The notes under the pieces were generated by a model. The model was not told the DNA's origin and ran no database searches. It saw only the letters and a program-made list of their open reading frames with translations. This document shows, piece after piece, positions 29,318 through 39,289 of a stretch of DNA of 64,000 bases. The position numbers and the translations under genes are program-made. The stretch covers positions 1,832-65,831 of the forward strand of contig QZKB01000047.1 of assembly GCA_003599415.1 (NCBI GenBank), in the 5' to 3' direction. This DNA is from Ignavibacteriales bacterium (GTDB lineage: Bacteria; Bacteroidota; Ignavibacteria; Ignavibacteriales; SURF-24). How positions within the stretch are numbered: the stretch's first letter is position 1; the number at the start of each line of letters is the position of its first letter.

Positions 29318-29998
29318 TCATTTTCTGAACCTGTACCCGGCTTTTGGTGCTGTAATAATAAATCTTGGTTCGGAAGAATCATCTTCAATTTTTTTACGAA
29401 GCGAGAGTATATAGTTATCCACCGTTCTTGTTGTCGGAAAAGTGTCGTATCCCCAGATTTCATTCAGAAGTATTTCTCTTGTTACAACCTGGTCTTCATG
29501 CTCAACCATATACTTTAATACTCTGAACTCAGTAACCGAAAGGTCAACAAGCTTTTTGTTTTTAGTAACTTCCTGTTTTTTGAAATCAATATTTATTTTG
29601 CCGAAACTAAACTCACTTAATTCATTTTCCTGTTTCTCATTTCTTCGGATTACAGCTTTAATGCGAGCTAATAATTCCCTTGTACTAAATGGTTTTGTAA
29701 CATAATCATCAGCGCCTGTTTCCAGTCCAATTATCTTATCAATTTCATCCTTTTTGCTCGTAAGAATAATTATTGGTGTCTGAACTTTTTCAGCCCGCAA
29801 TAAACTGCAGACTTCCATCCCATTCTTCTTCGGCAGCATCAGATCAAGAATAATAATATCGTAGTTATTTTTTCTTGCAAGGTTAAATCCTTTTTCACCA
29901 TCTTCGGCTGTTGAAACAATAAAATGCTCATCCTTAAGGCTTAATTCCAATCCCTGAAGAATTGCAGGGTCATCTTCGATAACAAGAATTTTTTTCAT
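29318..29998 (-). CDS. OmpR/PhoB-family response regulator
   Basis: Receiver domain ('ILVIEDD', 'DIIILDLMLP', 'GLETGADDYVTKPFSTRELLARIKAVIRR', very close to E. coli PhoB in this segment). Winged-helix C-terminus ('TRTVDNYILSLRKK...GYRF'). Confidence 0.85.
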   Translation of the reverse strand: MKKILVIEDDPAILQGLELSLKDEHFIVSTAEDGEKGFNLARKNNYDIIILDLMLPKKNGMEVCSLLRAEKVQTPIIILTSKKDEIDKIIGLETGADDYVTKPFSTRELLARIKAVIRRNEKQENELSEFSFGKINIDFKKQEVTKNKKLVDLSVTEFRVLKYMVEHEDQVVTREILLNEIWGYDTFPTTRTVDNYILSLRKKIEDDSSEPRFIITAPKAGYRFRK

Positions 29999-30029
29999 TT
30001 CTTTCCGTAAAAGATTATCTAAAAAAATT

Positions 30030-32468
30030 TTATTTGTTTTTTATAACCGGGAAAAGCAGGCTAAAACTTGTGCCTTTATTTAATTCGCTTTCAATTTCAA
30101 TTCTACCGTGATGAAAATCCATTGCATGCTTTACAATAGCCAAACCTAAACCGGTGCCGGCAACTCTTCGTGCTTCTTTGTCTTCCGATCTGAAATACGG
30201 TTCAAAGATTTTTTCCTTATCGTTCTGGTTTATACCTATGCCCTTATCTTTTATTCTTACTAAAACGAAGCTGTCTGAGAAATCAGTCTCAATTGTAATT
30301 TCCTTTTCATCACGGGAATATTTCATTGCATTAGAAATAATATTCACAACACACTCTATAATACTATCTTTGTCCGCTGTTACAGGAAGTCTTTTGTCTA
30401 CTAAGTTTTTGTTAACGGTAAACTTCTGCATCTGGAGTTGGTATTCCATTATCCTGAGTGAGTCTTCAACAATAACATTAAGATCGGTTTCAGTGAACCG
30501 GTAGTTCTTTATTCCTCTTTCAATTTTTACAAGATCCAGAACATTATCAATCATTCTGCTTAGTCTGTCGCTTTCCCCTTGAATTATTTTAAGGTGGTTG
30601 GAAAACTTAGGATCTGTATTACATTCATTATTTTCGAGCCGTTCGGTAAAAATCCTGATTGATGTAAGAGGCGTCTTAAATTCATGAGAAACGCTTGAAA
30701 CAAAATAAGATTTTAACCTGTTAAGTTCTTCGAGTTTTTCTTTTTCAAGCCGGTCAAGTATTATTTTTTCCTGCAACTGAATTCTTTCAATTGCCTGTGC
30801 CGATTCGTTTGAAAGCTGATTTAACAAATCGAAGTCTTCTTTATAATACCTGTTACCGGATTTCTTCTTCCCCATCAATTCAACAGCTACTAATTCACCT
30901 AAGACATTAACCGGAAAGATGAGAGCAATATTTCTTTTATTAAGAGATTTAGCTTCAGATATCTGAACCGGAATCCCTGCTTCAACACTATTGAAAGTTG
31001 CTATGGGATTGATTCTCAATTCCTCAACACTTTTTGGAGTTAAGAATATTTTATGCCTGTCAAAACCGGGCAGGTTTATCTGTCTGATAATAGTAAGTGA
31101 ATTGTCGTGTTTATTAAAAGTGAATATTCCTATTTTTTCAGCTGGGATTAACTTGTTTACCTCAGTTATAATCCTGTCTGCCAGCTCTGAAATACTTGTT
31201 GAAGTTTGTATTGCTTTAAATGTATCATTTATTGCTTTTCTAAAATCATAATGAATCCTGAAAAACTTTTTATCTACAAAATCCTGTACATATTTTTTTA
31301 ACGGTTGAAATATCAGTGCAATCAAAACAGCAGCTAGGACAGACGAAAAAGCAGGACCAACACTTACAAGATATGTTATACCGACTATTATTGAAACATA
31401 TAATACAATCAAAAAGGAAATGACAATAACATAAACCACACCGCGATTGATAATAAGGTCAATATCGTATAAATGATATTTAACTATGGCAATTCCAAAG
31501 GTTACAGGGATAGCCGACATTAGGATTAAGATAAATTCTTCGGGAATTAAACCATTGGTTGTTATTGCCTGAGGAATTACCCACAGTACAATAAATGAAA
31601 CCGGACCCGCAATAAAACCAAGCAGCACCCATTTTAATTTCTTTTTATCAATGTCAGATCTGAGTTTTCTATAGGTTAAAATGAATATCAGTATTGCCAG
31701 AAGAACTGAAATGACTACAAAAATTCTTGTGTAGTTGAAATACCTGATATATACAAGCGAGTATGAAATATCATTTATGTTAGATAATGGAATAAAGACT
31801 ATGCTTAGAATAATTGTAAGAGCCAGGGAGAGCAAATAAAACGGAATAATGTAAATGCTCCTTAATCTGTTTGTAGGAAACACTAATGTAAAATGCAGAA
31901 AGAGAGCAGGGGCAAAGGTATAAGCCGCGTGAAAAACATATCTTGTCAAATGACCAAGCCATTCCGGTTTTACCTGGTGGTTCCCCCAAGTTGTCATTAT
32001 AATTGCCGCAGTACAGATAACCACGTTATGAAAAGTATAAGCCTGTTGAAGGTTTTCTGCTTTATATAAAACTATGACTGCAATAAGAAAAAACAAGACA
32101 CCCACAAGCAAAACAATAAGCAAATAAAAAGTTGTGTAAAATGGTATAAGGTTTACAAAGAAATCAAATTGTCTGTTATATCTTTCCACTGAGATTTTAA
32201 CCATATCACCAATATTTTTCCCATCCAAATAAATTTCAATATGTTCACGGGAGACAAACTTATAATTATCAATTGAAACTATTCTATCATCATGGTTCAA
32301 GGGAGAATTGAAGATTTGCTTGTCAATAAATAAATGACTATCTGATTCATAAATTGAAAATGGAAGATCAGCTTTCAGATAAATATGATAAATACCGGAA
32401 AGGCAAACCAGGAATAGAAAGATATCAAAAGCAAGTAATAATTTTTTTGTATTATATCTTATCTTCAT
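30030..32468 (-). CDS. Polytopic sensor histidine kinase (PDZ-like loop + multi-TM sensor + HisKA + HATPase)
   Basis: H-box 'SVSHEFKTPLTSI'. N-box 'IISNAMKYS'. G-boxes 'DKGIGI' and 'GTGLGLAIV'. The N-terminal 390 aa or so hold about 8 TM helices. Confidence 0.8.
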   Translation of the reverse strand: MKIRYNTKKLLLAFDIFLFLVCLSGIYHIYLKADLPFSIYESDSHLFIDKQIFNSPLNHDDRIVSIDNYKFVSREHIEIYLDGKNIGDMVKISVERYNRQFDFFVNLIPFYTTFYLLIVLLVGVLFFLIAVIVLYKAENLQQAYTFHNVVICTAAIIMTTWGNHQVKPEWLGHLTRYVFHAAYTFAPALFLHFTLVFPTNRLRSIYIIPFYLLSLALTIILSIVFIPLSNINDISYSLVYIRYFNYTRIFVVISVLLAILIFILTYRKLRSDIDKKKLKWVLLGFIAGPVSFIVLWVIPQAITTNGLIPEEFILILMSAIPVTFGIAIVKYHLYDIDLIINRGVVYVIVISFLIVLYVSIIVGITYLVSVGPAFSSVLAAVLIALIFQPLKKYVQDFVDKKFFRIHYDFRKAINDTFKAIQTSTSISELADRIITEVNKLIPAEKIGIFTFNKHDNSLTIIRQINLPGFDRHKIFLTPKSVEELRINPIATFNSVEAGIPVQISEAKSLNKRNIALIFPVNVLGELVAVELMGKKKSGNRYYKEDFDLLNQLSNESAQAIERIQLQEKIILDRLEKEKLEELNRLKSYFVSSVSHEFKTPLTSIRIFTERLENNECNTDPKFSNHLKIIQGESDRLSRMIDNVLDLVKIERGIKNYRFTETDLNVIVEDSLRIMEYQLQMQKFTVNKNLVDKRLPVTADKDSIIECVVNIISNAMKYSRDEKEITIETDFSDSFVLVRIKDKGIGINQNDKEKIFEPYFRSEDKEARRVAGTGLGLAIVKHAMDFHHGRIEIESELNKGTSFSLLFPVIKNK

Positions 32469-32563
32469 ATACCGCTTTATTAATATATCCGTAACCAGAA
32501 AGAAAGGAATAGAAGACCCATGAAAATTAAATTATAGCATATGAATAAGCAATAGTAAGCATG

Positions 32564-33592
32564 CTATAACTTTGTCATCATTCTTTGATATTCGTTTTTG
32601 TTATGTGTTACAGAAATAAGAAGCATGATTGGTGCTACAATTGTTGTAAACTGCATAAAGACCATACTCACAAGTTCATACCCCATCAATATTCTGGGTA
32701 TTAAACATAAAAACACATAAATAAGCGGACCAAATGTTATTCCTGATAATGCCCAGTAAATCTGCTTTTTATGTGTAACATCATTTATTGAAAGAGCAGA
32801 GTGCTCAAACTTTGCAATTGTAAGAATAATTACTATTACAAGAAAAACATCGGCAACAGTTGTATGAAAGTTCAGGTAATAAAGTTTATTAATATCGGCA
32901 TTAAAGAAAAATATTTTTACAAGTTGTATACAACTAATAACTATGAAGGTAATAGCAGCGCAGTAAACAGCAGAAAGGAAAAAAATATTCTTACTTTTTG
33001 TCTTGACCGGATAAGTGAAGCTTAAATGAAGGAATAGTGCTGGCACCATATATATACTAATTTCAAACAGTAAGAAAATTATAAAATTCAGGGACCTGCC
33101 GTAAGTAATAAGATCGCCCCAATCAAATATTATCATTATACCTGTGCACACTGAAAGCGCATGGATGATAAATGAAAAAGAATTATTCCTGTATTTAATA
33201 AGAATGAAAACACCGGTAAAAAAGAAAAACAAAGTAACAACCATCATTATTGCCAATTCATAGTTCTCGTATGTATTTACCAGAATAACTTTTGGCGTTG
33301 TAATTTCTGAATCAGCACCGATTGATTTAACATTTACCGTATCTTTGGCTTTATGACTCAACAAATAAAATTCAAGCTGCCCGTTCTTATTTATTTCCTT
33401 ACCGTCAAATTCAATTACCTGTTTTTTCCTGTAAATATTTTTAACATCAAAAGAAAAATTATTTATCATTGCCTGATATTCAGTAGGTAATGAGGCCTTT
33501 TCACTGAATAACCTAAGATTGAGAAAAGCTAGAATGAGCAGGCAAAAATCTATTGCCAAAAGAAAAACTATTATTTTCCTTTTTGAATTCAT
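32564..33592 (-). CDS. Kinase-less paralog of the sensor module of the adjacent histidine kinase
   Basis: Same layout as HK residues 1 to about 330: TM1, a soluble loop of about 90 aa, then multiple TM helices. Shared 'VPALFLHLSFTYP' versus 'APALFLHFTLVFP'. Its start overlaps the upstream stop by 4 nt. Confidence 0.55.
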   Translation of the reverse strand: MNSKRKIIVFLLAIDFCLLILAFLNLRLFSEKASLPTEYQAMINNFSFDVKNIYRKKQVIEFDGKEINKNGQLEFYLLSHKAKDTVNVKSIGADSEITTPKVILVNTYENYELAIMMVVTLFFFFTGVFILIKYRNNSFSFIIHALSVCTGIMIIFDWGDLITYGRSLNFIIFLLFEISIYMVPALFLHLSFTYPVKTKSKNIFFLSAVYCAAITFIVISCIQLVKIFFFNADINKLYYLNFHTTVADVFLVIVIILTIAKFEHSALSINDVTHKKQIYWALSGITFGPLIYVFLCLIPRILMGYELVSMVFMQFTTIVAPIMLLISVTHNKNEYQRMMTKL

Positions 33593-34563
33593 CTTTTAAC
33601 TCCATCTAAGGTTGTAAAAACTTGTAACCTATCCTTTGCTATTTCAATTGTACATGATAAGTAACCCGCCGGATCCCCGTCAAACTCAACTTCCGGATGA
33701 ATAATATTATTCCTGATTTCAATCTTTGAGGCATATTCTTTTGCAAGAAATGATGTATCAGAAAAATTTTCACCTGTATATAAAATCTTTATAAGTCTCG
33801 GAAGTTCTGATAACCTGATCTGGTTCGTTTTAAGAATATAAAACTGATCATCAGGAATTAAATCATCTTTATAAACTTTGATTCCTGAAGCAATGAATTT
33901 TGTAATTCCAACAGAAATATTAATTATATTTTTTACTTCTCTCTCTTCTGAATTTATTGAAATACTATAATCGGTTCCCCTGTAACTAAAAAGTATTTTT
34001 AAAAATGAAATGAACGTTCCAAGAAAATCTCCAAGATACCCTCTTATTCCCGAGCTTGCGCTTCTTGCTAATGAAGCGCCTAGCCCAATATTGGCGCAGC
34101 AAGCAAAGTATTTTGTCGTATCCGGATTCTTCTGAGTATTTCCATCATTCTTTTGAGGCCGGGTATTTAATCTTATCATACCAACGGGAATATTTATAAA
34201 GTGCTGAGCCATTATTACGTCTGCTGCCTGTAAAATATTGGTGGGAATATTATAGCTTTTACAAAAATCCGGACTAGTACCGGTATGAATAACTCCAAAC
34301 CTTGAAGAAGAAATTTTATTCCCGTTACCATCATAAAATCCATTAAGAACTTTATTAATTGTACCGTCACCTCCTACGGCAACAATGTTATTAATACCGT
34401 CTTTATTTGCTTGTACAGAAATGTTGTAGGCGTCATCAAAATTATTAATCTCCGTAAAATCAAAAGAGAAATTTTTATCTTGCAGGTATCTGCATACTCT
34501 CTTTGCAAGAGCACCCGACTTTCCACCCCTGGAATAAGGATTAATAATCAGAAGAGTTTTCAT
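33589..34563 (-). CDS. Diacylglycerol/lipid kinase family protein (YegS/BmrU-like)
   Basis: 'LLIINPYSRGGK' and 'VAVGGDGTINKVLNG' catalytic-domain motifs. Confidence 0.7.
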   Translation of the reverse strand: MKTLLIINPYSRGGKSGALAKRVCRYLQDKNFSFDFTEINNFDDAYNISVQANKDGINNIVAVGGDGTINKVLNGFYDGNGNKISSSRFGVIHTGTSPDFCKSYNIPTNILQAADVIMAQHFINIPVGMIRLNTRPQKNDGNTQKNPDTTKYFACCANIGLGASLARSASSGIRGYLGDFLGTFISFLKILFSYRGTDYSISINSEEREVKNIINISVGITKFIASGIKVYKDDLIPDDQFYILKTNQIRLSELPRLIKILYTGENFSDTSFLAKEYASKIEIRNNIIHPEVEFDGDPAGYLSCTIEIAKDRLQVFTTLDGVKR

Positions 34564-34565
34564 TC

Positions 34566-35738
34566 TTAGTTCCAGTGTTCAAAAAGATTTACAACTTTAT
34601 TAACCGAACTCTCTTTTATATTTGCTCCGGCAATCAATCTTATTCTGCCGTCATTTTTCCTTACCGAAGGATAAATAAACGGTGTTGAAAAAACGCCGTT
34701 ATCAAATAATTTTTTTGCAAAGTCTATTGTATCTTCCGAAGTACCAGCTATAATAGAGGTTATGGGAGCAGTACTGTCTGCTACCCGGAAACCGTTTCTT
34801 ACAAGAGCCTGCTTTAATAAATTTGAATACCTGAAAACTTTTGCTGCCCTTACATCATATTCTTCTTTGACTATATCAAGTGTTTTATTTATTCCCGCAA
34901 TAACAGACGGAGAAATGGCTGTTGAGTAAATTAGGTGCGAACTGCTGTAACTTAAATAATTAATCAACTCTTTACTTCCGCCAACTACCCCACAGTTATT
35001 CGCAAAGGCTTTTCCCAAAGAAGTTGTATAAATAACATCATCATCATCAATTCCCGAATGTGAAAGAATACCTTTCCCTTTTCTACCAATTACTCCAATT
35101 CCATGTGAATCATCCACAACAGGAATAGCATTGTATTTCCTGCACAACTCACAGATTTCCTTAAATGGAGCAATACTTCCTTCAGTTGAAAAAACAGATT
35201 CTGTTACCACAAAGATTTTTGGGCTGAGGTAATATTTTTCAAGCAGATACTCGAGCGACACAACATCATTATGACTGAAAGGTAATGATCTGCATCCGAC
35301 GCTTCTGATTCCCTGAATTAAAGAGGAATGAGCAAATCTATCGAATAAAATTAAATCTTCTTTTTTTGCAACAGCCTGGAAAATTCCATTATTAGCTTGG
35401 TAGCAGGATGGATATAAGATTACGCTCTCTACTCCGATAAAAGAAGCCAGCTTTCTTTGTGTATCTTCGAATAATTCTGTATAACCTCCTGCAATAGGAG
35501 TAGCGCACATTGAAATACCGTATTTTCTTATAGCATCAATATATACTTCCTTTATCCTGGAATCGTTGGACAACCCGAGATAATTATTTGTGGCAAGATT
35601 AACAACTTCTTTTCCGTTAACATAAACCGGATCGTTCTGTTCGCTGTTTATGGAAAGATAATAAGGATTGAATCCTTTTTTTAATACAGAATCGTCCAGC
35701 TGAAATCTATCTTTCAGACAAATACTTTCCGTTCTCAT
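34566..35738 (-). CDS. PLP-dependent alpha-oxoamine synthase (Spt/BioF/Kbl family)
   Basis: 'DDSHGIGVIGRKGKG' and PLP-lysine context 'TSLGKAF'. I prefer the ATG at 35738 (GAGGTG RBS, no overlap) over 35777. Confidence 0.75.
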   Translation of the reverse strand: MRTESICLKDRFQLDDSVLKKGFNPYYLSINSEQNDPVYVNGKEVVNLATNNYLGLSNDSRIKEVYIDAIRKYGISMCATPIAGGYTELFEDTQRKLASFIGVESVILYPSCYQANNGIFQAVAKKEDLILFDRFAHSSLIQGIRSVGCRSLPFSHNDVVSLEYLLEKYYLSPKIFVVTESVFSTEGSIAPFKEICELCRKYNAIPVVDDSHGIGVIGRKGKGILSHSGIDDDDVIYTTSLGKAFANNCGVVGGSKELINYLSYSSSHLIYSTAISPSVIAGINKTLDIVKEEYDVRAAKVFRYSNLLKQALVRNGFRVADSTAPITSIIAGTSEDTIDFAKKLFDNGVFSTPFIYPSVRKNDGRIRLIAGANIKESSVNKVVNLFEHWN

Positions 35739-35758
35739 AACGCACCTCTTAAAATTAA

Positions 35759-36967
35759 TTATCCTTTTGAATAACAAATTGTTGGTTTACCGGAATCGCA
35801 CATGAAAACACATTTATTACAATTGATGCACCTTGATTTATAATCTCCATCTGTTGCAGCAAGTTTTTCTGCAAAGTCAGGTTCACAAATAAAGGGTCTT
35901 GCCATACCTACTAAATCAGTCTGTTTATTATTTATTGCATTCTCTATTTCAAATTTAGATCTGAATCCGCCAACAGAAATAACAGGAATTGTTGTTAACT
36001 GTTTTGCCCTTTCAGCATAGCGAAGATTATAAGCAGGAGAAAAATCGATGAACCTGGAACTTATAAAGGTATTTATATAGAATTTCATCAAATATTTTTT
36101 AATGGGATTATCTGTCAGGAATATGGGATTGTGTTTAAATACTAACTCTAAATCCAGATCACCTCTGAAAATATTAATCGCATAATCCATTGTACCATAG
36201 CTTATTTCTATAGCATCAAAATGTTTTCCATCCAGGAAACTGATTAAGTGGTCGAACTGATCAGGGAAAAAATTACTGCCGAGATTATGATCTCCGCTTA
36301 TTTTAACAAGTACAGGAAACGAATTATCGCACCCGGCTTTTATACTGTCAAATATCTCTTCCAGAAGTTTTATACCGAGGTGAGTCTTTTTATCAATGCC
36401 ATATTTATTTTTTAGTACATTAGTTTCCGGGAGTAAAAACTGATGAAGCAAATAACCGTGAGCAGCATGTATCTGAACGCCGTCAAAACCGGCTTCCTTT
36501 GCCAGGTAAGCTGCGTTTGAAAACTGCATGATTACTTCTTCAATTTCCGAATCATTTATTAAGGATGGCTTCTGTCTGAAATAGACAGACGATTTCTTGG
36601 TGCTCGAAATTATTTTACTGTTTGTTACCTTTTTAATTGTTTGCCTACCCGAATGGGCAATCTGCAATATTATAGGGACATTATGTTTATGTACTTCATC
36701 TGTAATTTTTCTGTACGAAAGAATTTTTTTACTTGTATCTATTCCTGCCTGTGCCCGCTGCATTGCTCTGCCATTGCCTGAAACAAATGCAAACCCGGTT
36801 ATTATCATTCCAACTTGTTTTTCCGCGAGTGATTTATATAATGCAATGTATTTAGAATTAGGATTTCCATTTTCATCAGCAGCTCCCTCAAATGTAGCAG
36901 ACCGAACAATCCTGTTTCTAAGGGTCATTCCTCCAATTTTATAACTGTTAAATATTATTGAATCCAT
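35759..36967 (-). CDS. Old-yellow-enzyme-type NADH:flavin oxidoreductase with C-terminal Cys cluster
   Basis: 'LRNRIVRSATFEG', 'IILQIAHSGRQ', 'GFDGVQIHAAHGYLLHQFL'. C-terminal 'CINCNKCVFMCDSG'. Confidence 0.7.
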   Translation of the reverse strand: MDSIIFNSYKIGGMTLRNRIVRSATFEGAADENGNPNSKYIALYKSLAEKQVGMIITGFAFVSGNGRAMQRAQAGIDTSKKILSYRKITDEVHKHNVPIILQIAHSGRQTIKKVTNSKIISSTKKSSVYFRQKPSLINDSEIEEVIMQFSNAAYLAKEAGFDGVQIHAAHGYLLHQFLLPETNVLKNKYGIDKKTHLGIKLLEEIFDSIKAGCDNSFPVLVKISGDHNLGSNFFPDQFDHLISFLDGKHFDAIEISYGTMDYAINIFRGDLDLELVFKHNPIFLTDNPIKKYLMKFYINTFISSRFIDFSPAYNLRYAERAKQLTTIPVISVGGFRSKFEIENAINNKQTDLVGMARPFICEPDFAEKLAATDGDYKSRCINCNKCVFMCDSGKPTICYSKG

Positions 36968-36970
36968 TAC

Positions 36971-37978
36971 CTAACCCTTCACATTAACATGGAAATTAAA
37001 AAGGAATCCAATAAAGAAATAGGATAACAGAAACAGAACAACTCCAAATGCAGGATTGAAAATTGCAATTATTGCCGATTCAGTACAGGCACATGCCCTG
37101 AAATTCATGGAAAGTGAAAAATAAGTTTTACTACCAATCGGATTTTCATAGTAAAGGTAGCCTGTCCATAACTGCATTCCTGTTGCAATTAATGCCAGCT
37201 CCATAAAAATATTATTTAACTGGTATGCCCATACTTCAAAACCGAAATAAAATATCATGAAAATAAATATCGGAAGAAATGAAGCAAACAGAGCCAGTTT
37301 CTTCGAACGCTCAATACCCAACTTAACTATTAATGTATTTTTACCGGCAAGTTTATCTCCTTCATAATCCTTAAAGTAAGTATACAAGGTCATTAACCCG
37401 TTTAATAAAGAAAGGTAGAGGATCATTAAAATGTTTCCGACAGAAATTATTGAAGCGTCTGTTTTTCCTGAGGCCAAGAATCCAAACACAGCACAAATAG
37501 AAATCATAATACCAAAAATTATATTCCCCCAGATTCCGTAACCTTTGGCATATTCATAAATAAGATTAAGTATTATTCCTGCAAAAAGTGGTATTACAGC
37601 AACAGGTTCCAGATAAAACCATGTAACCAGAATTGCACAGGTCATAAGCAGCGTAGATAAAAGTATTGCATACTTAGGATTCAACTCTCCTGTAACCATT
37701 GGTCGTTCAGGGGCATTTATTCTATCTTCGTTTATCCCAAGGTAGTCGTTATAAATCTGATTAATGCCCCACGCAAAAAATAGAATTATCATTATTACAA
37801 CTAACTTTGTAAACGAGGTTGGCTGAAAAATTAGAGAATGTTTTTCGGTTGAGTATGCAAGATACTGGTAATAAGAAATACCGATCAAACCGGCTATTCC
37901 TGTAATGAAGGAATAATATAGCCTCATTGATTTTATGTACGCTCTTATAAATGTTTCAATTTTTTTTATATGAATCAT
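36971..37978 (-). CDS. UbiA-superfamily prenyltransferase (DGGGPS/ChlG-like motif)
   Basis: About 8-9 TM helices. First Asp-rich motif 'NDYLGINEDRINAPERP'. Second motif 'KDYEGDKLAG'. Confidence 0.75.
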   Translation of the reverse strand: MIHIKKIETFIRAYIKSMRLYYSFITGIAGLIGISYYQYLAYSTEKHSLIFQPTSFTKLVVIMIILFFAWGINQIYNDYLGINEDRINAPERPMVTGELNPKYAILLSTLLMTCAILVTWFYLEPVAVIPLFAGIILNLIYEYAKGYGIWGNIIFGIMISICAVFGFLASGKTDASIISVGNILMILYLSLLNGLMTLYTYFKDYEGDKLAGKNTLIVKLGIERSKKLALFASFLPIFIFMIFYFGFEVWAYQLNNIFMELALIATGMQLWTGYLYYENPIGSKTYFSLSMNFRACACTESAIIAIFNPAFGVVLFLLSYFFIGFLFNFHVNVKG

Positions 37979-37990
37979 ATTTATTCTTCT

Positions 37991-39283
37991 TTATAACTTT
38001 ATTACCCGTTTATAAAAATCTGCTTCTTCACCTCTATTCCAGCCGTTAATTACCTGTTGTGATAATTCTTTTGAAAGAGGCAGAACAGTAATATTATTTT
38101 CCTTAACAATTGCTGCTATGCGGGCAGAGCAAATCTCGCAAAGCCAGCTATCGCCGGATTTTCGGAAAGAATCCCTCATTCGAGCATAAATCAAATCAAA
38201 GTCCTCATCCTTAATATTTCCGAAAGAAATATTTAAGAATTCACAAGGCTGGACATCTCCTTTTGCATTAATGTAAAACCGATCTGTACCACCGGCAGTG
38301 CAACCGAACATATCGCTTCTTTCATCTTCAATCTGTGCATATATAAAAGGATAATTCCTGAATTCTTTCCTGTTATTGTACTGGTGTACTTTTTCTTCTA
38401 TATGAATAAGATCCTCTCTTGAAAAGTTGCCTATGTCAGCACCAAGCCATCCACCTGATGGCTTAGGTTTAATTAGCTGAATTAATGTTATCCCTAATTT
38501 TTGTGCAAGCTCAATAATTTTTTGAAAGTTACCATTATAAAAATCTTCTTTAAGAATGCAGGTATTTGCTGTAACTTCCAACCCGGCTTCATGACATAAG
38601 ATTATTCCATTAGATAAATTATCCCAGGCTTTCTCATTTTTCATGAACTGATTTATTCTTTCGGGATATGGAGAGTGAAGAGAGAACATAATACCATATA
38701 CACCGGCATTTTTAAGTTGCAGAAGCTTTTCCCTGCTCATACCGTCCCCGGTTGAATTAATCCAGATTTCACCGACCTTGATTGCATCGCACAATTTTAA
38801 AAGTTTATCAAACACAAGGAATGGTTCACCGCCTTCAATATTAAAAAATGAGACTCCCCTTTTATCAAGTCTTGCTGCAATATCGCAAAGAAGATTTATA
38901 TCCACATCTTTACCTTTATCCATCTTCTGATAACAATGTTCACAATTATAACGACAGGCAGAAGTAACTGATAGAAGAACTGAAATACATGGCATACTTT
39001 CTTCCGAAACCAAAACTTTCTTGCTGGCTTTAAAAAATGCCTTTGACGGAAACGCCGGTACATACAGATTCATTTTAATGTATTTCCCAGATTTGACATA
39101 CTTGTTCATTTTCATTTTAGAAAGGAAGAAAAGTAATCGTTTGAGAAACCGGATAAAATTTCTTGCGGGTATTTTACCTGTAAGCATTTCAAGCAGGAAA
39201 TGGAAAAAGACATATATTTTAATATAGTTATCATATATCATCTTCTCCCGACCAATTAAATATTTTATATTACCCATAACCAA
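37991..39283 (-). CDS. Radical SAM enzyme
   Basis: 'SACRYNCEHCY' CxxxCxxC motif. 'GGEPF'. The C-terminal Cys-containing region ('GCTAGG...QPCEF', 'CEICSARI') suggests an auxiliary cluster. Confidence 0.75.
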   Translation of the reverse strand: MVMGNIKYLIGREKMIYDNYIKIYVFFHFLLEMLTGKIPARNFIRFLKRLLFFLSKMKMNKYVKSGKYIKMNLYVPAFPSKAFFKASKKVLVSEESMPCISVLLSVTSACRYNCEHCYQKMDKGKDVDINLLCDIAARLDKRGVSFFNIEGGEPFLVFDKLLKLCDAIKVGEIWINSTGDGMSREKLLQLKNAGVYGIMFSLHSPYPERINQFMKNEKAWDNLSNGIILCHEAGLEVTANTCILKEDFYNGNFQKIIELAQKLGITLIQLIKPKPSGGWLGADIGNFSREDLIHIEEKVHQYNNRKEFRNYPFIYAQIEDERSDMFGCTAGGTDRFYINAKGDVQPCEFLNISFGNIKDEDFDLIYARMRDSFRKSGDSWLCEICSARIAAIVKENNITVLPLSKELSQQVINGWNRGEEADFYKRVIKL

Positions 39284-39289
39284 ATCCTC

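Noticed and set aside
35738-35777. A 19-nt overlap between the OYE and alpha-oxoamine synthase ORFs as a possible programmed frameshift or coupling signal.
   Set aside because: An internal ATG at 35738 with a GAGGTG RBS gives a normal N-terminus and a 20-nt gap. The overlap is most likely an artefact of taking the longest ORF. The same reasoning applies to the GTG/TTG starts at 5204, 14604 and 20602.
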